NCBI GenBank assembly: GCA_046331325.1
Contig: JAXLRB010000007.1
Span: forward strand, 82,107-146,106
Direction: 5' to 3'
Length of the DNA stretch: 64,000 nucleotides
DNA from: Vicinamibacterales bacterium
Lineage (GTDB): Bacteria; Acidobacteriota; Vicinamibacteria; Vicinamibacterales; UBA2999
This document shows positions 15,588 to 24,430 of the stretch, piece by piece. The first letter of the stretch is position 1; each line of letters opens with the position of its first letter. The position numbers were made by a program, and so were the translations under genes. The notes under the pieces are model-generated. The model was not told where the DNA came from. It worked only from the letters and a program-made list of their open reading frames with translations, and did not search any database.

Positions 15588-18263
15588 ATGTTCCGTCTGC
15601 GTTCGTTCTTCGTCCTGGCCATCGCCGTGCTCGTCACGGCGGTGTCCGCCGCCGCCCAGAGCGGATCGGCGTCATTGCGCATCACCGTGGTCGACGAGAC
15701 CGCCGCGGTGCTGCCCGGCGCCACCGTGCTGCTCGTGGGCAACGGCGGCGCGGAGCGCACGCTCCAGGCCGACGAGCTCGGTCTCGTCAACGTGACGGGC
15801 CTCACGCCCGGCGACTACACGATCGGCGCGTCGTATCCCGGCTTCAAGCCGGCGACCGGCACACTGAACGTGAAGCGCGGCGCCAATCAGACGATCATGC
15901 GGCTGGCCGTGGCGTCGATCGCCGAAGAGGTGAAGGTCGAGACCGCCGACGCCTCGGAGCGTCGCGACAACGGCTTCACGCAGACCCTGTCGCAGGACGA
16001 GATCGACGGGCTGTCCGACGATCCCGACGAGATGGCCGACCAGCTCGCGCAGATGGCCGGCCCTGGCGCGCAGATCTTCGTCGACGGCTTCCGCGGCGGC
16101 CGCCTGCCGCCGAAGAACCAGATCCAGCAGGTGCGCTTCCGCACCAACTCCTACGCCGCCGAGTATCACGACGCCGGCATGGTGCGCGTGGAGGTGATCA
16201 CGCGGCCCGGCATGGGCGACTGGCGCAGCCGCGTCACCTTCGGCTTCCGCGACACCTCGCTCAACGCGCGCAACGCCTTCGCGTCGACGCGCCCGCCCGA
16301 GCAGACCCGACGCGTGCAGGTGAGCAGCCAGGGCCCGATCAAGAAGGGCAAGACCAGCGTGTCGTTCTCGGCGGAAGGGAACTCGTCGTACGACGCGCAG
16401 ACCATCGTGGCGGCGACGCCCACCGGCGACGTGCGCGACCAGGTGCGCCGTCCGAACGACGTGCTCAACACGAACGTCCGGCTCGAGCACGCGCTCAGCC
16501 CCGGCAACTCGATCCGCGCCGAGTACCAGCGCCGCACGCAGAATCGCGACAACCTCGGCGTCGGCGACTTCAACCTCGAGGAACGCGCCTGGACGAGCGA
16601 CTCGACCACCGACACGCTGCGCGTGCGCAACACGCGCACCATCGGCAAGAAGATGTTCAGCGAGCTGAAGTTCGAGTTCAACCAGTCGACCTCGAAGAAC
16701 AGCTCGTTCTCGCAGGATCCGACCTTGCAGGTGCTCGATGCCTTCACCGGCGGCGGCGCCGGCCAGTCGGGCACGCGCGAGGGCCGTCAGTTCACGGTCG
16801 ATCAGAGCCTCGACTTCACCGTGCGCAAACACGCGCTGCGCGCCGGGCTGCTCTTCGAGGCGGGCAACTGGGACAGCACGCAGCAGACCAACGCCAACGG
16901 CACCTACACCTTCTCGAGCCTGGCCGATTTCCAGGCCGGCATCGCCCGCACCTACACGCGTCGCGTCGGCGACCCCACCGTGTCGTACTCGCAGTACCAG
17001 GCCGGCTGGTACATCCAGGACGACTTCCGCCTCTCGAAGAACCTGCAGGCGAGCTTCGGCCTGCGCCAGGAGATCCAGACGCACCTTGGCGACAAGTGGA
17101 ACCTGGCGCCGCGCGCCGCCTTCACCTGGTCGGTGAAGAAGACCAACGTGCGCGGCGGCTACGGCATCTTCTACGACTGGTACGACGCCCAGACCTACGA
17201 GCAGACCGTGCGCGTCGACGGCGTGAAGCAGGTGGACGAGGTGATTCTGAACCCGACGTATCCGGTGACGGCCACGTCGTCGGGCACGCGCCTGCCGGCC
17301 AGCCGTATCCAGGCCGCCGACTCGCTCACGCAGCCCATCGTGCACCAGGCCTCGATCGGCTTCGACAAGAACCTCAAGGAGTGGATGGGCGTGCGCGCCG
17401 ACTACATGTGGACGCGCGGCTACGACGTGCTGCGCTCGATCAACGTGAACGCGCCGGTGAACGGCGTGCGTCCCGACCCCACGGTGGGCAACGTGTCGGA
17501 AATCACGTCGAGCGGCAAACGCGCGTCTGACCGCCTGTCGGTCGGCATCAACATGCGCGTGCCCAACAAGCGCATCTTCGGCAACGTCATGTATCAGCTC
17601 GGCTCGGTGCGCAACAACGCCGACTCGGTGCTGAGCCTGCCGTCGAACTCGAACGACCCGAACGCCGACTGGGGCCCGGGCATGCAGGACATCCGGCACC
17701 GGCTGTTCGTCATGGGCAACTTCCCGCTGCCGCAGGGGTTCCGCGCCGGCCTCAACATGCAGATGTCGTCGGCGCGGCCGTACAACATCACGACCGGCCT
17801 CGACACCAACGGCGACACCGTGTTCAACGATCGCCCCGTGGGCGTCACGCGCAACAGCGCCCGCGGCGCCGGCGCGATGTCGGTGGATCTGCGCCTCACG
17901 AAGTCGTTCAGCCTGGGCGGGCTGCTGCGTGGCGGCGCCGAGGGCGTGCCGATGGGCAGCGCGCCGCCGCCTCCTGGCGGCGCGGCGAACCAGCGTGGCA
18001 CCGGCGGCGCGGCGTTCCAGCAGGGCCCCGGCGGCGGCATGGGCGGCGGCCCGGGCGGTGGTGGCGGCGAAGGGCCGCGGATGGTGATCATGGAAGGGTC
18101 GAACTCGCGCTACCGCGCCGACCTCTACATCAACGTCCAGAACCTGTTCAACCAGACCAACCTGAACGGATTCATCGGCAACCAGCTGTCGCCGTTCTTC
18201 GGCAAGGCCACGTCGGCCCAGGCGGCGAGGAAGATCGAGCTGGGCGCCACGATTTCGTTCTGA
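15588..18263 (+). CDS. TonB-dependent-receptor-like outer-membrane protein with CarboxypepD_reg N-terminal domain
   Basis: Start at ATG 15588 (MFRLRSFFVLAIAVL..). LRITVVDETAAVLPGATV is a CarboxypepD_reg pattern. The protein has a long beta-rich body and a terminal aromatic residue (..GATISF). Confidence 0.75.
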   Translation: MFRLRSFFVLAIAVLVTAVSAAAQSGSASLRITVVDETAAVLPGATVLLVGNGGAERTLQADELGLVNVTGLTPGDYTIGASYPGFKPATGTLNVKRGANQTIMRLAVASIAEEVKVETADASERRDNGFTQTLSQDEIDGLSDDPDEMADQLAQMAGPGAQIFVDGFRGGRLPPKNQIQQVRFRTNSYAAEYHDAGMVRVEVITRPGMGDWRSRVTFGFRDTSLNARNAFASTRPPEQTRRVQVSSQGPIKKGKTSVSFSAEGNSSYDAQTIVAATPTGDVRDQVRRPNDVLNTNVRLEHALSPGNSIRAEYQRRTQNRDNLGVGDFNLEERAWTSDSTTDTLRVRNTRTIGKKMFSELKFEFNQSTSKNSSFSQDPTLQVLDAFTGGGAGQSGTREGRQFTVDQSLDFTVRKHALRAGLLFEAGNWDSTQQTNANGTYTFSSLADFQAGIARTYTRRVGDPTVSYSQYQAGWYIQDDFRLSKNLQASFGLRQEIQTHLGDKWNLAPRAAFTWSVKKTNVRGGYGIFYDWYDAQTYEQTVRVDGVKQVDEVILNPTYPVTATSSGTRLPASRIQAADSLTQPIVHQASIGFDKNLKEWMGVRADYMWTRGYDVLRSINVNAPVNGVRPDPTVGNVSEITSSGKRASDRLSVGINMRVPNKRIFGNVMYQLGSVRNNADSVLSLPSNSNDPNADWGPGMQDIRHRLFVMGNFPLPQGFRAGLNMQMSSARPYNITTGLDTNGDTVFNDRPVGVTRNSARGAGAMSVDLRLTKSFSLGGLLRGGAEGVPMGSAPPPPGGAANQRGTGGAAFQQGPGGGMGGGPGGGGGEGPRMVIMEGSNSRYRADLYINVQNLFNQTNLNGFIGNQLSPFFGKATSAQAARKIELGATISF

Positions 18264-18327
18264 TCGGCCGCGACGCGACGGCAGGGCCGCCGCCGGCGGG
18301 CACTGGCGGATCGCGGCGCTCACGTCG

Positions 18328-18333
18328 TACAGT
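18328..18333 (+). promoter_or_regulatory. -10-like hexamer TACAGT, 7 nt upstream of GTG 18341
   Basis: Reads cgTACAGTacgcagcGTG, with no SD sequence. Confidence 0.45.
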
Positions 18334-18340
18334 ACGCAGC

Positions 18341-19459
18341 GTGAGCGCCCGATCCGCTGAAGTGATCGTCATCGGCGCCGGCGTCGTCGGCGCCAGCGTG
18401 GCCTTCGAACTGGCGTCGCTGGGGCGACGCGTGCTGGTGGCCGACATGCGGCACGCCGGCGGCGGGGCGTCGCAGGCCTCGGCCGGCATCCTCGCGCCGT
18501 GGATCGAGGGCCATCATTCCGAAGGACTGCGCACGCTGGGCCTGCGCTCGCTGGCGCTGTACGAAGAGTTCCTCGAGCGCGTGACGCATCGCGCCGGCCT
18601 GGCGGTGGAGTTCCGTCACCCCGGCACCCTCGAAATCGCCGTCGGCGATGCCGACATCGAGCGCCTCACCGACTCGGCGACCACCCTGGCCGATCTCGGC
18701 GTGGCGTCCGAGTGGCTCGACGGGCCGCGCGCCCGGGTGATCGAGCCGACGCTGACCACGCACGCGGTGGGCGCGCTGCGCATCCCCTCGCACGCCGTCG
18801 TCAACGTGCCGGCCTTCACGATCGCCGCGGTAGCGGCGGCGCGCGCGGCCGGGGCGGCCTTCAGCGAGGGCCTCGCCGTCACCGGTCTCGATGCCGGGGG
18901 CGACGGCGTGATCGTGCGCAGCACGCAGGGCGACCTGACGGCGCCCCACGTCGTGCTGGCCACCGGATCGTGGTCGTCCGCGCTGGCGCCCGATGGCGCC
19001 CTGCCGGCGCCGGTGCGACCGGTGCGCGGCCAGTTGCTGCACCTGAAGACGCCGCCCGGCACGCTGCGCCACGTGGTGTGGGGCGCGCACGTCTATCTCG
19101 TGCCGTGGTCCGACGGCACGATCTACGTCGGCGCCACGTCGGAAGAGGTGGGCTTCGACGAGCGCACCACGGTGGAAGGCGTGTCGAGCCTGCTCGCGGC
19201 CACCGCGTCGCTCACACCCGGGCTGGCGAAGGCGACGTTCGTCGAAGCGCGCGCCGGCCTGAGGCCCGGCACCGACGACACGCTGCCGTTCATCGGCCCG
19301 TCCACGGCTCTGCCCGGACTCGTCTACGCCTGTGGCCACTTCCGCAACGGCGCGCTGCTGGCGCCGCTCACCGCCGCGCTGGTGGCGCAGGCCGTACAGG
19401 GCGATCTCTCCGATCCGGCTTTTTCGCTGGTGAATCCGTCGCGTGCAGGCCGGTTGTAG
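18341..19459 (+). CDS. thiO: FAD-dependent glycine oxidase-like oxidoreductase (ThiO/DAO family)
   Basis: VIVIGAGVVGASVAFEL dinucleotide fold and a C-terminal GHFRNGALLAP motif typical of ThiO. Confidence 0.7.
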   Translation: MSARSAEVIVIGAGVVGASVAFELASLGRRVLVADMRHAGGGASQASAGILAPWIEGHHSEGLRTLGLRSLALYEEFLERVTHRAGLAVEFRHPGTLEIAVGDADIERLTDSATTLADLGVASEWLDGPRARVIEPTLTTHAVGALRIPSHAVVNVPAFTIAAVAAARAAGAAFSEGLAVTGLDAGGDGVIVRSTQGDLTAPHVVLATGSWSSALAPDGALPAPVRPVRGQLLHLKTPPGTLRHVVWGAHVYLVPWSDGTIYVGATSEEVGFDERTTVEGVSSLLAATASLTPGLAKATFVEARAGLRPGTDDTLPFIGPSTALPGLVYACGHFRNGALLAPLTAALVAQAVQGDLSDPAFSLVNPSRAGRL

Positions 19460-19485
19460 ACTGGGACGCATCCCCGTCCTGACCC

Positions 19486-19770
19486 ATGGCCGTGCTGCTG
19501 CCGCCCGACGCCATCGCCGATGCTCTCACCCGCCTGCCCGGCTGGCGGCACGAGGGCGCGTCGATCGTGAAGACGTTCACGTTCGACGGATTCCCCGACG
19601 CCGTCGCGTTCGTGTCGCGGCTGGTGGCGCCGGCGGAAGCCGCGGATCATCACCCCGACATCGCGATTCACTACCGCCGTGTCGAGGTCACGTTCACGAC
19701 GCACAGCGCCGGCGGACTCACGGCGAAGGACCTCGACGGCGCCACCGCCGTGGAGGCCCTGGCCCGGTGA
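19486..19770 (+). CDS. pterin-4a-carbinolamine dehydratase
   Basis: 94 aa with the DHHPD motif (AADHHPDIAIHY). Confidence 0.85.
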   Translation: MAVLLPPDAIADALTRLPGWRHEGASIVKTFTFDGFPDAVAFVSRLVAPAEAADHHPDIAIHYRRVEVTFTTHSAGGLTAKDLDGATAVEALAR

Positions 19771-20270
19771 AGCTCAAGGGGCACTACTCGTCGCGCGAAG
19801 TCGCCGCCGAGACGGGCCTCACCGCGCGGCAGCTGCAGTGGTGGGATCGGCGCGGCCTGTTCGTGCCGTCGGTGCCGTCGCACCGCACGCCGGCCGGCGG
19901 TTACACCGAGCGCCGCTACACGCCGATCGAGCTCATCGAGCTGCTGGTGCTGGCCGATCTGCGCCGTCGCGGTTTCACGCTGGCGCGCATCCGCCGGCTG
20001 CTGACGGCGCTGCGATCGCGCTTCAAGGTGCGGCTCTTCGACGCGGTGGAAGGCAGCGGCGACGTGACGCTCTTCGTCGACGGCCTCGACATCTACGCGC
20101 GCAGCGCCGGCGGCGAGTACTTCAACCTGCTCGAGGATCCGCGGCAGCCGCTGCTCGTGCTGGGCGAGGAACCGAAGCTGCGCCGCCTCACGGCGCGTGA
20201 GCAGGCCGCGAAGCCGAAGCCCGCCCGCGCCGCGATGCGGCCAGGCGGCAAGGGCGCGCCGCGCGCGTGA
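19767..20270 (+). CDS. MerR-family transcriptional regulator
   Basis: GTG 19767 overlaps the upstream stop (GTGA). The HTH reads YSSREVAAETGLTARQLQWWDRRGL. Confidence 0.75.
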   Translation: MKLKGHYSSREVAAETGLTARQLQWWDRRGLFVPSVPSHRTPAGGYTERRYTPIELIELLVLADLRRRGFTLARIRRLLTALRSRFKVRLFDAVEGSGDVTLFVDGLDIYARSAGGEYFNLLEDPRQPLLVLGEEPKLRRLTAREQAAKPKPARAAMRPGGKGAPRA

Positions 20271-21916
20271 TGCCGCCGTCGTCGACAGGTCCGGCGAGCC
20301 GCCGCGAGTGGCTCGTGGCGGCGCTCGTGGTGCTCGTGACGGGCGTGGTGTCCACATGGCCGCTGGCGACCAGCCCGTGGCTCGTGCCCGATCACCAGGA
20401 TCCGCTCTTCTCGACGTGGCGCCTCTACACGTGGGCGCGGAATCTGGCGTCGTTCGGCGCCCAGGGCTGGTTCGACGGCAATCAGTTCCATCCAGCCCAC
20501 TACGTGCTGCTCTTCTCGGACGCGATCGCGCTGCCCGCGCTGATTGGCGCGCCGTTCATCTGGGCCGGCGTGCCGGTGGTGCTCGTCTACAACGGGCTCG
20601 TCTGGCTCAGCATAGTCACAGCCGGCCTGGCGATGTACGCCTGTGCGCGCGCCATCAGCGGTAGTCACGGCGGCGCGTTGGCGGCGGCCGTGCTCTTCGT
20701 CGGCGCACCGCTGCGCCTCGATCACGTGATGCACCTCGAGCTGCTGTGCACGGCCTTCATGCCGCTCGCGGTGCTGGCCACGGTGCGGGCGATGGACGGC
20801 AGCCGCCGCGCCGCGTGGGGCATCGGCGCGTCGATCGCGGGGCAGTTCGTGAGCTGCATCTACTACGGCGTGTTCCTGCTCACCGTGTGGCCGATATTGG
20901 CGCTCGTGGAATGGCTGCGGCGGCGCGGCCAGGTGGATCGCGCGGTCGTCGTGCGGGTGGTGGCCGGTCTCGGCATCGCCGCGGTGATCGCCGGGCTCTA
21001 CGCGCTGCCGTATCAGCGGGCCCGCGCGATCGTCGGCGATCGCACCGACGGCGAGCTGGGCGGCTACAGCGGGTCGTTCGACGCCTTCGTCCTGTCGCCC
21101 CCGACCAGTCGGCTCTGGGGATGGACGTCGGAGGCGGGGAAGTCGGAGCGTTTTCTCTTCATGGGACTGGTCGGACCCGCGATCGCGGTGTCGGCGCTGA
21201 CCGCGCCGGCCGCGCCGTGGACCGCCGCCGTGGCGGTGACGGCCGCGATCGCCGCGGATGCATCGCGTGGCACCGACGGCATCGCGTATCCCGTGTTCCG
21301 CACGGTGCTGCCGCCCTACAAGGGCCTGCGCGTGCCGGCGCGCTTCGGGATGGTCGTGCTGACGATGGTGGCGCTGCTCGCCGCGATCGGCTGGAGCACG
21401 ATGTCGCGGGCGTTCGCGTCGCGCCCGCGCGCGTCGCTGCTTGGCGCCGTGATGGTGGCGCTGCTCGTGGTCGAGACGGCGGCGAGCGTGCCGGTGCGCC
21501 GCATGCCGTCGTCGCCGCCGCCGGTCTATCAGTTCCTCGGCACCCTGCCGCCCGGCGTCGTCGCGCACCTGCCGCTGCCGAATCCCAGCCGCCTGCCCGG
21601 CTTCGATGCCGACTTCATCTACTTCGGGCAGTACCACCGCCTGCCGATGGTGAATGGCAACAGCGGGTTCTATCCTCCCGACTACATGCGTGTGCTCGAG
21701 GCCTCGCGCGACATCGCCGGCGACGCCACGATGGATGCGCTGCGCAGCGTCGACGTGCGGTACGTGGTGGTGCACGACCGCTACTTCGACACGGAAGGCC
21801 TGCGCGGCGCGCAGATCTATCGGCTGGAACAGCGCACCGATCTGCAGCCGCTCGGCGTGTTCGCCGACGAGGCGGGTCGAGGAAACGCGCGGGTCTACCG
21901 GCTGCTGCCGCGCTGA
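20267..21916 (+). CDS. polytopic membrane protein, GT-C-like putative glycosyltransferase
   Basis: 549-aa ORF with many TM helices and a soluble C-terminal domain. Its start overlaps the MerR stop. The family call is tentative. Confidence 0.5.
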   Translation: MMPPSSTGPASRREWLVAALVVLVTGVVSTWPLATSPWLVPDHQDPLFSTWRLYTWARNLASFGAQGWFDGNQFHPAHYVLLFSDAIALPALIGAPFIWAGVPVVLVYNGLVWLSIVTAGLAMYACARAISGSHGGALAAAVLFVGAPLRLDHVMHLELLCTAFMPLAVLATVRAMDGSRRAAWGIGASIAGQFVSCIYYGVFLLTVWPILALVEWLRRRGQVDRAVVVRVVAGLGIAAVIAGLYALPYQRARAIVGDRTDGELGGYSGSFDAFVLSPPTSRLWGWTSEAGKSERFLFMGLVGPAIAVSALTAPAAPWTAAVAVTAAIAADASRGTDGIAYPVFRTVLPPYKGLRVPARFGMVVLTMVALLAAIGWSTMSRAFASRPRASLLGAVMVALLVVETAASVPVRRMPSSPPPVYQFLGTLPPGVVAHLPLPNPSRLPGFDADFIYFGQYHRLPMVNGNSGFYPPDYMRVLEASRDIAGDATMDALRSVDVRYVVVHDRYFDTEGLRGAQIYRLEQRTDLQPLGVFADEAGRGNARVYRLLPR

Positions 21917-21928
21917 GCGGCGCGACGG

Positions 21929-22228
21929 CTACTTCTTCGGGCGGATCGGGAAGGCCTTCTCGAGATCGTCGCCGGGACGCGGGATGACGTGCACGCCCAC
22001 CAGCTCACCCACGCGGCGGGCGGCCGCGGCGCCGGCATCGGTCGCGGCTTTCACCGAGCCGACGTCGCCGCGCACGATGGCGGTGACCATGCCGGCGTCG
22101 ACCTTCTGCCAGCCGACGAACACGACGTTGGCGGTCTTGAGCATCGCGTCGGCGGCTTCCACCATGCCGACGAACCCGCGGGTTTCCACCATGCCGAGCG
22201 CGTCGCCCACCTGCGTCGTGTCGCTCAC
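21929..22228 (-). CDS. bacterial microcompartment shell protein, BMC-H (PduA/EutM/CcmK type)
   Basis: 99 aa with the canonical [27 protein letters not shown]...[15 protein letters not shown]...VGVHVIPRP. The GTG start lies 15 nt after the upstream gene's stop. Confidence 0.9.
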   Translation of the reverse strand: MSDTTQVGDALGMVETRGFVGMVEAADAMLKTANVVFVGWQKVDAGMVTAIVRGDVGSVKAATDAGAAAARRVGELVGVHVIPRPGDDLEKAFPIRPKK

Positions 22229-22243
22229 GTCCGTGTCCTTCCG

Positions 22244-23395
22244 CTACTGAATCCGGCCCCGGGCGGCCACCGCCAGCATGCCGGCGATTTCGTCGCCGTC
22301 GGCCAGCCATACCGTGTCGACCAGGTTCGACACCACGCACGCGTGGTTCGGCACCACGCGCACCCGATCGCCCGGCCGCAGCGGCCGCGCGCCCGCGGTC
22401 ACGCGGACCGTCGCATGTTCCTCCGAGAGTCGCTCGACGATCAAGTGATCATCGGGCACCTGTCCGGGCCCGGCGGCGAGATCGCGGAACACCGCGCCGT
22501 GGCCGGCGGCGCCGGCGAAGCCGCGGGCGCCGTCGGCGGCGAGCGTCTTGCTGCCGCAGTCGAGCACCACGCGATCGGCGGCATGCGTGCTCACCACGGT
22601 GGCCAGCACGCTCATCGCGCAGTCGTCCCACGACGCGGCGCCGAGGCCGACCATGGTCCGATCGAAGTACACGTAGTTGCCGGGCCGGAACTCGGTGTAG
22701 GTGTCGCGCCCCGCCGGCATGGCGTGCCGCGCGTTGGGAGTGGTGCCGGCGCTGACCTCGTCAATCGTCAGCCCGGCGGCGCGCGCTTCGTGCGCCAGCG
22801 CGGCCATGGTCGCCACCTCCGCCTTCGCCATCATCCGCAGCTCGTCTTCGGAATGCGCGTGGTAGGCGTGCCCCGCGTGGCTCAGGATGCCGGAAAGCCG
22901 CAGCCCCGGCAGCGCCGCGACCGCTTTCAGGAACGGCACCGCGAGCACCGGATCGGGCGCGATGCCGCAGCGATGGAAGCCGACGTCGATCTTGGTGAGC
23001 ACCTCGACGCTGGCGCCGGCCGCCGTCATCGCCTCCGACCAGCCACGCGCGACGTCGAGCGAGTCGACGATGAACGACACCCGCGCCCGCGCCTGCAGCG
23101 CCAGCACGCGATCGGCGTTCGACGGCTGCAGCGGATACGGCAGGCGGATGTCGGTGAACCCGGCCTCGGCGAACACCTCGGCCTCGCCGAGCTTGGCGCA
23201 GCAGATGCCGTGGGCCCCGGCCTCGACCTGCCAGCGGCCGATCTCCGGGCTCTTGTGGGTCTTGGCGTGCGGACGCAGTGCCAGACCGGCGTCTTTCGCC
23301 AGCTGCTGCATACGGCGGATGTTGTTGACGGCGCGCGGGCGCTCGATGAGCACGGCCGGCGTGCGCAATTCGGTGAGGGTCACGCCCGACATCAT
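22244..23395 (-). CDS. D-threonine aldolase / D-serine dehydratase-like PLP enzyme (alanine-racemase-N fold)
   Basis: 383 aa. LRPHAKTHK is the PLP-lysine context, and the C-terminus reads VVPNHAC...ARG. Confidence 0.75.
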   Translation of the reverse strand: MMSGVTLTELRTPAVLIERPRAVNNIRRMQQLAKDAGLALRPHAKTHKSPEIGRWQVEAGAHGICCAKLGEAEVFAEAGFTDIRLPYPLQPSNADRVLALQARARVSFIVDSLDVARGWSEAMTAAGASVEVLTKIDVGFHRCGIAPDPVLAVPFLKAVAALPGLRLSGILSHAGHAYHAHSEDELRMMAKAEVATMAALAHEARAAGLTIDEVSAGTTPNARHAMPAGRDTYTEFRPGNYVYFDRTMVGLGAASWDDCAMSVLATVVSTHAADRVVLDCGSKTLAADGARGFAGAAGHGAVFRDLAAGPGQVPDDHLIVERLSEEHATVRVTAGARPLRPGDRVRVVPNHACVVSNLVDTVWLADGDEIAGMLAVAARGRIQ

Positions 23396-23454
23396 ACGCG
23401 GCGGGTGAGGTAACCTTGCACGGATGGGGCGGCGAGGCCGGCCCTACCAGAGAC

Positions 23455-24423
23455 ATGGCGCTCACGCTCACCGCGGCCTCCGGTCCCACCCTCGATCAGA
23501 TCCTGCGCGACACCTATCCGATCTGGGGCGGCGGCCTGACCTTCGACGCCTACGCCAGCTACCAGATCGGCCAGCGCCGCACCGCCTGGGGCGGCTCGCA
23601 CATCGAGCGTGTGGTGTTGCTGGATGGATCGCGGCCGCTCGCCAGCGCCAAGCGCTACGACCTGAGCGCCCGCGTCGACGGCCGCATCCGCCGCGTGCTC
23701 GGCATCGGCGCCGTGTTCACGCCGCGCGAGCTGCGCGGCCGCGGCGCCGCCTCGGCGCTGCTGGCGCACATGGTGGATGCCGGCAACACCGAGGGCTTCG
23801 AGTTCGCGCTGCTCTTCTCGGACGTCGGCCCGGCGCTCTACGAACGCCTCGACTTCGTGCCGGTACCGCTCGAGTCGGCGACGCTGCGCGTGACCCGCTA
23901 CGACGGCGCGCCCGCGATGGCCATCCGCGGCGGCGACGATCGCGACCTGCCGCACATCGCCGAGCTCAGCGCCGACCGGGCCGCCAAGGCACGCTTCGCG
24001 CTCGATCGCAGCGAAGACTTCATCCGCTACGCCATCACGCGCCGCCGCCTGCTCTCGGGGCTCGGACCTGCCGGCCTGCGCCAGACCGAGTTCCTCGTGG
24101 CCGAGGAAGGCCATCGGCCCGTGGCGTACCTCGTCTGCAGCGTGCACAACGGGCAGTGGACGATCGAGGAATGCGGAGACCGGGATCCGCAGGGTGCGCG
24201 CCTTGGCGGCATGCTGCAGATGATGCTGGCTCGCGAGCCGTCGCTGGCGCCGCCGCGCATCACCGGCTTCTGGCCGCACGACCTGCAGCCGCCGCAGGTG
24301 GCGATCGCGTCGCGCCAGTCGACCGAGCAGGTGATGATGATCCGCCCGCTGCGCGATCGCACGCTGCCCATGCCGCCGCTGAACGCCAGCGACGTGCTGT
24401 ACTGGCACGGCGACTTGTTCTAG
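23455..24423 (+). CDS. GNAT-family acetyltransferase (Eis-like, with C-terminal extension)
   Basis: Start trimmed to ATG 23455 (MALTLTAASG). RELRGRGAASALL is an acetyl-CoA binding pattern. Confidence 0.6.
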   Translation: MALTLTAASGPTLDQILRDTYPIWGGGLTFDAYASYQIGQRRTAWGGSHIERVVLLDGSRPLASAKRYDLSARVDGRIRRVLGIGAVFTPRELRGRGAASALLAHMVDAGNTEGFEFALLFSDVGPALYERLDFVPVPLESATLRVTRYDGAPAMAIRGGDDRDLPHIAELSADRAAKARFALDRSEDFIRYAITRRRLLSGLGPAGLRQTEFLVAEEGHRPVAYLVCSVHNGQWTIEECGDRDPQGARLGGMLQMMLAREPSLAPPRITGFWPHDLQPPQVAIASRQSTEQVMMIRPLRDRTLPMPPLNASDVLYWHGDLF

Positions 24424-24430
24424 CGGCTGG

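Noticed and set aside
15672-18323. 883-aa minus-strand ORF
   Set aside because: It lies antisense to the TonB-receptor-like gene and shows the same shadow-frame composition.
18264-18340. TPP riboswitch expected upstream of a thiO-like gene
   Set aside because: The gap is only 77 nt, there is no CUGAGA-type core, and the gene appears to be leaderless.
19767-20270. MerR-family regulator as partner of the MerB-like gene (a mer operon)
   Set aside because: It lies 15 kb away and is coupled to unrelated genes. No merA, merT or merP is present, so this is a generic MerR-family member.
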